From Camelus dromedarius (taxonomy: Eukaryota): 64,000 bases of DNA. The notes below the pieces were generated by a model. It did no database searches, was not told where the DNA came from, and saw only the letters and a list, made by a program, of their open reading frames with translations. How positions within the stretch are numbered: position 1 is the stretch's first letter; each line of letters begins with the position of its first letter. The DNA lies in contig NC_087447.1 of the NCBI RefSeq assembly GCF_036321535.1, positions 49,664,001-49,728,000 on the forward strand. Reading direction: 5' to 3'. The translations under genes were made by a program, and so were the position numbers. Shown in pieces: positions 55,358 through 64,000 of this stretch.

Positions 55358-55551
55358 GGTCCACTAAGAAATACCCCTACGTACTCAGTACAATGGCTAA
55401 AATGTTGAGGAGGATGGGGAGCAACCAGAATTCTCATCTGGGGCTTGTGGGTATATCTTTGTACAACCACTTTGGAAAACTACATGGCTTCATCCCAGGA
55501 GACCCAGCCATTGTATTCCCAGGCACACACTGAACAGAAATGTATAGAAAT

Positions 55552-56062
55552 TGTCATGGGATTCGGTGGGCCACTGTAGTAAGCGGTAAGAGAATTTACC
55601 AGAGGCAAAGAAAAGTGGAAGGAAAAGTTTATTAGGGGTAAGCTGCCACAGACAGCAGTGGGCTACAGAGATGAGAGGTGCCTGTGTGGGCACTGGGGGT
55701 CGGTTGCCGAGGCCTTTTATCGGCGGGAGGACTTGGTGGGCACAGTGGGTTTAGGGCTCTGTGATCAGCTTGTGCACAAGTTTGATTGATTGTAGGTGAG
55801 ATAAGAAGTTTAGGGTCCTTGAAGGGCGGTGGGATTTATGACTCAGATAAGGTGGAGACACGGGCTGAATTAAACCAGCCTGAGCTATTGTGAGATTAGG
55901 CATTACCTAGGGCTATTACTTTGTTAGTCCCTAACAAAGTACTTTAGCAAAGTACACGCCCAGTAAAGAATGTATTTTTTTCTGTTGAGGGATCACAGGC
56001 AGAAATCCGAGCGCCCAGGAATGGGGGTCGTTGGACTTTGAAGTATGCCAGCTGGCTCCATA
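55552..56062 (-). mobile_element. Solo LTR, copy-B-specific
   Basis: Insertion relative to copy A (about 23808), starting TG and flanked by (TA)GAAAT on both sides. TTTATT near 55628 gives a minus-strand polyA signal. Confidence 0.75.
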
Positions 56063-57714
56063 GAAATGGCACCAACAGAAATATACAGGGTGCCCACACT
56101 GCTGTGTGATACTTAGGACAGCTGTGAAGAGAGCAGATCCTAAGAATTCTCATCACAAGGAGAATTTAAAAGTTTTTCTTCTTATTGTATCTAATGGGAT
56201 GTTGAATTTCACTAAATCTGTTGTGGTAATTACTTCACAATATATGTAAATCAAAACATCATGCTGGACACCATATGCTTTTATGGTGATGAAAGTCAAC
56301 TATTTTTCAAATAGATTAGGAAAGAAAAGAATGCCCATAGCATCAACAATTCACAGAAGCCAAAAACAGGACACCCTGAAATACTTCTCAACAGTAAAAT
56401 GGATTAGGAGTGACGTATTCACACAGTGAAGTCCCATATGGTACTGAGAACAAACATACTACAAATGCACACAATTTGGGTGACTCTGAAAAATATAATC
56501 TTGAGCCAAAGAGCCAGTCCCAAAAAAATACCACACATGAGACACCTTTTATAAAGTTCAAGGCAGAGAAGAGGCTGGTATGAGCCTGGGGGTGGAGAGG
56601 AGTGATGGACAAGGACTTGGGTGCTGGTCAGGTGCTATTTGTCCGCCAGAAAGGAGGTCACATGAGAATGTTCACTCAGTGACAATGCATCACTCCTACA
56701 CTTAGGACTTGTGTGTTTTTACTGTATGCTTTTGACACACCTGATGGAGGTGCCAAGCAGGCTTTCAGGGAAGATGTCAAGTAGCCACCTGGATAATCAG
56801 GTCTGGAGCCCCAGGGGGAAGTCAGGGTTGGAGGTGCAATTTGGAAGTCTTCATCGTTGTAGACAGATGCCAAGGCCATGAGCCTGGATGAGATCTGAAG
56901 GTGAGAGGGTGAACAGAGAGAGGGTCTGAGGACTGAGGGGCAGGAGGCACTCAGACACTTAGTCTGATGAAAGATAGGAGCCACGATGGAGACCCAGGAG
57001 CAGCCAGAGAAGCAGGAAGGAAACCAGGAGAGTGTGGTGTCCACAAGCCAAGAGGTTTCAAGGAGGAGGGAGTGATCAACTGTGTCTAAGGCCACTGAGA
57101 GGTCAGGATGAAATTCCAGAACTAACCACTGAATTTAGCACCGTGGAGGCCACGGGTGAATTTGCCAAGGGCAGCTCCGTGGGACAGTGGCATCTGGTCT
57201 GGAGGAGGGAGGACAGAACAGGAGGGCAGGGACATGTGGAACGCAGATGCTCTTCCAAGGGTTTTGCTGGGCAGGTGAGCTGAGGAATAGGGCAGTAGGT
57301 GGAGGAGATCGTTGGGATAGGAATTTTTAGATGCGAGTCATTACTGCATTTTGGGGGGTGGGGGGTGGGGACAGTGAGCATGGCCAGAGAGAGGAGACAA
57401 TTATTGCAGCCAGGTTGTTGCGTAGGTGGAAGGAGGAGAGGATTGCACTATATTTGGGGCTCCACCTGCCAAGTGAGGGCAAGAATTGAGCAACGTGATC
57501 AGCAGATAAGGCATTGCCTGAGGAAACAACTGTCCTGCTCTTCCTCCCCTTAGCTGAGTCCAGGATAGGTGAGTTCAAGATTTCTCCCAGGAAAGAGGTC
57601 CTTGAACTGGGCATCCACCCTCCACCTTCTGACAAGTGTTTATACAACCTCTGGCAGCAACACCAAACCACAGCAGAGCTCAGAGAAGCCTCCAGAGCCG
57701 GCAGAGGAGCCAGC

Positions 57715-57805
57715 ATGGTGCAGTTCGTGCCCCTGTTCGTGCCCTTGGAGCGCAGGCTGCAGACCTTGGCCGTCCTGCAGTGGGTCTTCTGCTTGGTGTT
57801 CCTGC
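57715..57805 (+). CDS. MOGAT2: MOGAT2-like paralog, copy B exon 1
   Basis: cagcATGG start; [30 protein letters not shown]; 91 nt as in copy A; donor C|gtaagg is intact. Confidence 0.9.
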
Positions 57806-58714
57806 GTAAGGCGGGCTGGCGGGGGGACGGGAGACACAGGTCCTAAATGTGGCTTGCTGCTTCAGAAGCCCTGTCCGGGGGCCTCTGCAGGGCTGGGAGG
57901 GCGGTGGGTCCGTGGTGAGAAGCCCTCGCCTGCGGCTTTGGGCAGTGTGCTTAGGCTTCCTGGGCAGCGGTCTCCACCTCAGTCCTAGGACACAGACCTG
58001 TCCTGGGATGCCCAGTGCTGTGGGGAAGGAGTAGGTGATCATGGGAAGTTTCGGGCTCCTCAGACTGTTCAGACGGGGTGGAGTTCCTCCTTTTCAGAGA
58101 AGAGGAGACTGACTCTGGAGGGTGTGGGAAAAGGAGAACAGGGAAAGAACAGGCCGGGGAGAGAGGTGAAGGCTCAGAGGGGCCTGGGGAGTAAGCGGCA
58201 CACCTGGGTCAGACTCTGGCAGGGCAGCTGGCCAGCTGTGGGACCCTGGTGGGCCCAGGCCTGAGCTCCCTGGGCCTGGATCTCACCATCCGCAGGTGGG
58301 AATAAGAACGTCGACCTTACAGGGCAGTTGTGAGGTGAAATGAAGAAATGTGCTTACTCTGGTCAGCACAGCCCTGGCCCAGCTCCGGTGGGGATCCCAG
58401 GGGAGGGGGTGATTAGGCCCCTCACCCAACCCCCACCTCACAGTGAACACATCCACTGTGAAACCAGGGAGGCCGCACATGCCCCAATTCTAGCTCTGCT
58501 GAAGGGAACATTTTTGAGGAGGGCCAAGGACTGAGGGTGGGGAAGGGAGAGTGACGGGGACAGTGTGTGATTCTTCATCTCCCCACCTGCCGGCACCAGT
58601 CTGAGCAGGAGCTGCTCCCCGAGGGTGGGTGTTAGCCTGTACACAGATGCCACCGTCCTGGTGTTAGCCTGTGGATGCACCTTGTACAGGCTGGTCTACA
58701 GACTTTTCACATAA

Positions 58715-58816
58715 ATACACACAACCCCCTCCACACCACTCATACACACACACACACACAACCCCCACCACACCACACATACACACACACCACACATACA
58801 CACACAAAACACACAT
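58715..58816. repeat. Imperfect (CA)n / AC-rich simple repeat
   Basis: Direct reading; a shorter version is at about 25995-26036 in copy A. Confidence 0.8.
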
Positions 58817-58832
58817 GTACACCAGGTGCTCC

Positions 58833-59474
58833 TGTGGCTGGTGATTAGGTTCTTGTCTCCTCGCAGAAAGAATTCAGGGATGAGACACGGAGGTTAAGAA
58901 AGCGAAGTGGGGCCTTATTAAGGGACAGACAGTGCTCTCTCAAGGGGAGGGAGAGCAGGCTCGAGAGAGCAGGCTCAGATGAGAAGCTGACCTGAGTTTC
59001 TTTGGCAAATTGGTTACATAGGCTGTAAAACGAATGGGCAGAAAATTCATTGGAGGAAAGGGTTTGGGGACATATTTCCTGATTTTCACCCCAACTTCAC
59101 GTTCCAGAAGGGAGGAGGGATTTTTGTGCCTATTTAGTCTGGATCAGAGTGTCACTGTGTCGGTGTCGGTGCATGATGGGTGCTTCTAATCCGCAAGGCT
59201 AATTTTATTGAAATGAGGGGATAATGAGCAATAGGTTACATTGGAGAATCTTGCCTTTTCTCACCTTTCTTTGTTGGCCTCCAGGCTACTTGTCATCCCA
59301 ATATGTGTTATCAGCCCAGAGGTTCCTGCATTTGTCTACCCAGGGTCCCCTGTTGTTTACACGATGTATGGTTTCCTGCATTTACCCCCCTGCCCCTCTT
59401 TTCTGCCCAATTCCTGCCTTTAGGCCTGTGTCCCCCTCTCTCTGCTCGTATCTAGATATCTGCCTGCTCTAACA
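58833..59474 (-). mobile_element. Solo LTR (ERV1-like) in copy B intron 1
   Basis: TG...CA termini and a perfect 4-bp target duplication CTCC. Absent in copy A at about 26037-26040. Confidence 0.88.
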
Positions 59475-62400
59475 CTCCCACAGAATTCCCCTAAAAATGA
59501 CAGCTAAGCAAGTGATCCAAGACCCTGCCCCTAGCATCCCTTGATCTGTGTTTCTGTCCTAAGGATCCTTTAACATTTCAAACATCCCTGGTTTAACCCC
59601 ATGACACAGAGGAACGGAGAAGCTAATTGTCTTAAATGCCTAAGGCTGTAGGTCTGGGCTCCTCCCACTGCCAAAGGAAGAAAGGGAAGGAGGCAGAGTG
59701 GGGAGAGAGAGGGGAGGGTGTGGGGGAGGAGTGAGAGCATGGGGAGAGAGGGCTACCCCCAGGGGGAGCTGCAAGATGGCTGGCGCCTGGACAAAGGGCA
59801 CCGAGGACCCAGAGCCCCGTGGGCTGTGGCCTGGTCATCCTCGGGGTTGAGGGACATCTTGCTCAGCTAGCCTTGGGTAAGATTTGCAAGCTTAAGTTTG
59901 TCTGACTGTCTGTGCTCAGCTTCAGTCCAGCCCTGGGAGCTTGGGAGTGTCAGGAGCCACACAAAGAAGTCAAGTATCCCTGGGCCTGGAGCCGGAGGGT
60001 GGGTCGCTGAGAAAAGGGAGCTGGGCCCTCTGGTGCCAGGAGAAGGAGCTTTTACCTTGTCCCTTATCCTGAGGGAAGGGGGAGTCCCAGGAGGTGCTAA
60101 GGTAGGGGAGTGACAAGGTCCAGTCGGTGTGGTACCCGACAGTCTGGCCGCAATAGGGTGATGCACTGTGTTCAGGGCTTAGAGGGTAGGCCGATGGCAG
60201 GGAGCAGTCACAACCTACATCAGGGCCCCAAATTATTCTTTGGGGCAAATCCAGCCCACTAATTGTTTTTGTATTTGTACAACCCATGAGCCAGGAATGG
60301 TTTTTACATTTTAAATGATCATGTGTCTATGTAATACCCTCCTAGTTGCCTTTTTAGCCACAAAGTCTGAAATATTTAAAATTAGGCTGTTTAAGAAAAG
60401 ATTACTACCCTGGTCTAGAGAGTCTGGCAGTGGGTGGAAAGAAGGGTCCCCTTTCCAAAGATACTTATGAGTTGGGTCCACAGGGCAGGATTAAAGGCTG
60501 GCAGGCGAGTAAGGACTTCCAGTGGGGGAGTAAACACTGCTCATTTAGGGAACAGCTGGCTCACGCTGGAAGTAGAGGAGGCATTTTGGGGATGGGCAAA
60601 GAAGTCATCAGAGAAGTCACCTAGGACCTGTCACCAAGGACTCAGGGCCCAGAACCAAATACTAGCCAACAGTTTATTTGTTTACTCTGTTCCTTTCCTC
60701 TCGTCTGTAACTCACACCTCACACAGGAAGGTAAAATCCATCAGGTAGTTGGTGTTGTTCTCAGCTGTGTCTCCAGCTCTTAGAAGAGTTAGAATGGATA
60801 CATCTTTCTTGAATGATTGAAGGTTAGGAGCAGGATGGAACCAAAATTGTAGAATTGAATACCTAATCCATTCTACTAGCTTGCTGTGTGACCTTAGCCA
60901 ATTTGCATACCCTCCCTGAGTCTCTGCAAAGTGAGGTTTTACATTTTTTCTTCTTGGTGTTATGAAATGAAAGAAGGTGTCTCCTTTCCTAAATGATTGA
61001 AAATACTCTCAGTTTGGGGTTTGCCTGCTGACAGGAGTTAAACGGTGAGCCAGGGAGAGGATAATGGGGTGGAGGGAGGACTTTTTGGTCAAGTGGAAGT
61101 TACCTGGGTGTGGGTTTTTATCTTAATCTGTTTTTCTGACTACAAAACTCATACACGCTATTATTGAATGTAACACATTCAAACAAAATGTGTATAGTAA
61201 AAGTAATCGACTTCCCCAAATCTTACCCTCCAGGTAGCCAACATTAACAATGTGATTTTATTCTCTACGGCTGGTTTTCTGAAAGTTGGAGTGACCTACA
61301 CAGACTTTTGATTTTGTACAAGGGCAGAGATTTTCCTGTGGTTCTATTTTTCTTTTTCACTTTAAAATTTTATAGTTAAAAAAATAATAAAAGTCAAGAT
61401 CCTGTCCATTGCTTCCCCGCTGGCATCCTGTTTCCTTCCTCCAGATTTGTGGGAGGAGTCAGCTCCACCGGGGCAGGAATTTCTGTCTGTTGTTCACAGC
61501 TGCCCCACCAGCACTGGGCACATCACAGTGAACATCTGTGAGCCCCAACCTACTTCGCCTGCCTTTTGAATTTTACTACTGTTCAGACGGAGTCGAAGTC
61601 CCCTCCTCCTGGAAGCCTGCCAGAAGTGACAAGCTAGTTTACCCTACTCTCAAATGGAACGCAAGTGGAAACTGACCCTTTGAAAGATTTTGAGTGCATG
61701 GTGTGGAATAGAGTGAATGGGATGGGGAGGGAGCAATATTCTCTGAGAATGAGGCTCCATTGGCATCAGATTAGGTTCAGCCCCAAAGACCCCTGACCCT
61801 GAGCTGAAGCTGGGATTAGCCTGTAATGGGAACTAGGAATCGTAGGTCAGAAGGGAATTCCTCACTGGGGCCTGGTCCTAGCCCTGCTGCACCCCTGACC
61901 CACGGGCCAGGCAGCGGTTGGCCTCCTCCTCCTCCCTCCTTCAGCAGGAAAGAGCATGGCAGGCAGAGGAATAGACTGGGCAAAAGCTAAGAGATTAAAG
62001 GAACTCCGTGTTTCATAAGAAGTAGCTCCTGTGGCCGGGGTGCAGGGTACGTGGAGGCCAGAGAGGCTGGAGCAGGAGGGGATATGGGCCAGCCATGGGG
62101 AGCCTAAAAGCCAGGCTGAGCTGCTTGGGCTGTGCCTCAACGTTATGAGAAAGCCATGAGAGACTTTAATTAGAGGGGAGATAGGACCAGATTTATCTTT
62201 GAGAGAAGGGCAGAGAGTGGACAGAAAGAGGGCTGGGCAGAAAGAATGTCTCTGTCTTCTCTGAGGTCCCAAAGGATGGAAACTAGAAGCAGTTCATCCA
62301 GTGACTTCCCCACCAGGCATTTACTGAGCACCTGGTGAGTGCAGACTGCTTTACTGGACAGAGAGGGAGGCAGAGGGGGAAGAGCAGAGTGAATGAGGCA

Positions 62401-62610
62401 GCCTGGTACAGTGGGGAAAAGGGGCCTCAAACCCATGCTCCCAGTGTGACACTGGGTGGACTGCATTCCCTCCTTCTTGAAGGCACAGGTGGTAAATCTC
62501 TTCCTCCTGGAGGCGGGGCTGGACAGGACGGTGCTGCTGGTGCCAGGCAGAGGGGGAGGCCTTCTTTTTTCACACCTCTGACCACTCACAGTTCCTGCTT
62601 CCCTCCCCAG

Positions 62611-62789
62611 CCAGTGTCTGCACTGTGGTCTTCATAGGCCTCCTGTTCACAAGATTCTGGTTCTTCAGTGTCCTATATGCGGCCTGGTGGTCCCTGGACC
62701 GAGACAAGCCATGGCAGGGGGGCAGGCGCATCGAGGCCTTAAGACGCTGGGTCGTGTGGAAGTACATGAAGGACTATTTCCCCATCTCA
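62611..62789 (+). CDS. MOGAT2: MOGAT2-like paralog, copy B exon 2; later exons expected beyond the window
   Basis: Acceptor ctccccag|CC; (P)[16 protein letters not shown]...KDYFPIS; 179 nt and in frame with exon 1; donor gtgagt. Whether the whole gene is intact cannot be seen here. Confidence 0.9.
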
Positions 62790-64000
62790 GTGAGTAATGG
62801 GGCTGGCTGAGGGTGGCCAGGACCATAGTGCCCCATGGGGAAGTGCCGGCATGTGTGCAGTAAGCAGAGTACTGGGCTGGGAGGCAGGAACCAGGCTTCC
62901 ACCATTATGTAGCCTGGGGACAAGTCCAGCTTGTCTGGTCATGATTTCCCATCTGCAATATGTGGGGCCAATACAATGGTTGATGAATGATCCAGGATTT
63001 GAAGGAGCTGAGGGCTGTAGAGTGTGGCACACATGTGTATCTTACAGGTGTAAACCACTCAGCAGCCGTGCTCGGGGGTGCAGGTATTAAAGTCATTCCT
63101 TAGAGAACATCTAGCCCCACACTTCATCAGATAAGACTATCACCCAGCAAAGTTTTTAAGTTTGTGCATAACTTTGGGTAAAGAAGCAAGATGGAGAGCC
63201 TTGAACTGGTTCTCAGGATCTATCTTATCCCAGAATATGATATGTATGCTGTGTCCTTGGACAAAGCCTTGCCCAATTTGATCCTCATTTTCCATGTGCA
63301 TCCAGTAAGCATACTGCTGCCTCCTACTTTGAGTGCCTCTTAATCTCTGACTCTCTGACTCAGGGGACCCCAGGACCTCCTGGACTGCAAGATCAGTCAT
63401 GATTAAAGTAGACTCCTTGATTTGAGTGAACTGAGCCTTCTGCTCCTTTCTTGTATCACAGAAAGATTAAATCCTGGGATGTAAGCCCCTGGGCAGGGAT
63501 GGTTTATTGTCCAGATAGGATTGGAAAAGCACTGGGACACAGAGAGTTGCCAGACAGGGTTAGGTGGCCCTCCTCAGGAAACAGGAGAGAAGACCTGTAT
63601 AGAATGTGACCCATGGTGCTAGTGAATTAGGTTGCAATACCAGGTCTGCAACATAGCAGCTGTGTGAACTTGGGTAAGTTACAGTCTCCCTGAGCCTTGA
63701 TTTCCTCTTAAGTAAAGTGGAGAGGATGCTACATACATCACTGGATTGTGCGGATTCCTTGAGACATCGGGTCATCCTGGAGCCTCTAAAGGACAGCATC
63801 TGGCTGTATTTGTACCTGGAGCTGCTGCCAGTTTCAAATCTGGCAGAAAAATGATGCTGAGCAGCTTTATGCCTGACTATTCACTACTCTCCTGCCCTTT
63901 CTCCAGCCAGGTACCTCTCAAGGAGGGTTTTTCAATCCAGGCACTGTTGAACTTGATTTGTAGAAATTCCACATGAACAGTGTTTATGATTGTGGCCCAC

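Larger units (their letters stand above)
44860..64000 (+). repeat. Segmental tandem duplication unit B, paralogous to about 9460-31900 with large indels; continues past the window end
   Basis: Colinear matches at 9508/44910, 11321/46722, 20540/48820, 23240/52975, 25725/57715 and 30129/62611. Confidence 0.93.

Noticed and set aside
44860..64000. Duplication as an uncollapsed-haplotype assembly artefact
   Set aside because: Many copy-specific insertions with target duplications, kilobase indels and substantial divergence exceed what is expected between alleles.

Overview
Mammalian genomic DNA, probably camelid: a tRNA-derived SINE at 12.7 kb looks like the camelid Vic-1 family. The window holds the MAP6 first coding exon and its CpG island on the minus strand. 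Head-to-head with it is a complete six-exon MOGAT2 gene (copy A, 25725-38611, 334 aa, all splice sites GT-AG). A second tandem MOGAT2 paralog (copy B) has exons 1-2 at 57715-62789 and runs off the window end. Copy B lies in an old segmental duplication (about 9.46 kb onward repeated from about 44.86 kb). The two units differ by copy-specific deletions, a dense cluster of solo LTRs, an inverted L1 and an apparent retrocopied 3'UTR upstream of copy B, and they share near-identical tracts that look like gene conversion. The most notable signal is that the paralogs differ almost only by amino-acid-changing substitutions in residues 27-35, the FLXLXXXn-like first membrane segment, and this patch stays divergent between homogenised flanks. 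Copy A also has Asp in place of the conserved Glu of the FGEN motif. No prokaryote-type systems are present, and most short ORFs in the track are spurious. Repeat family names and identity levels are by-eye calls, not computed.
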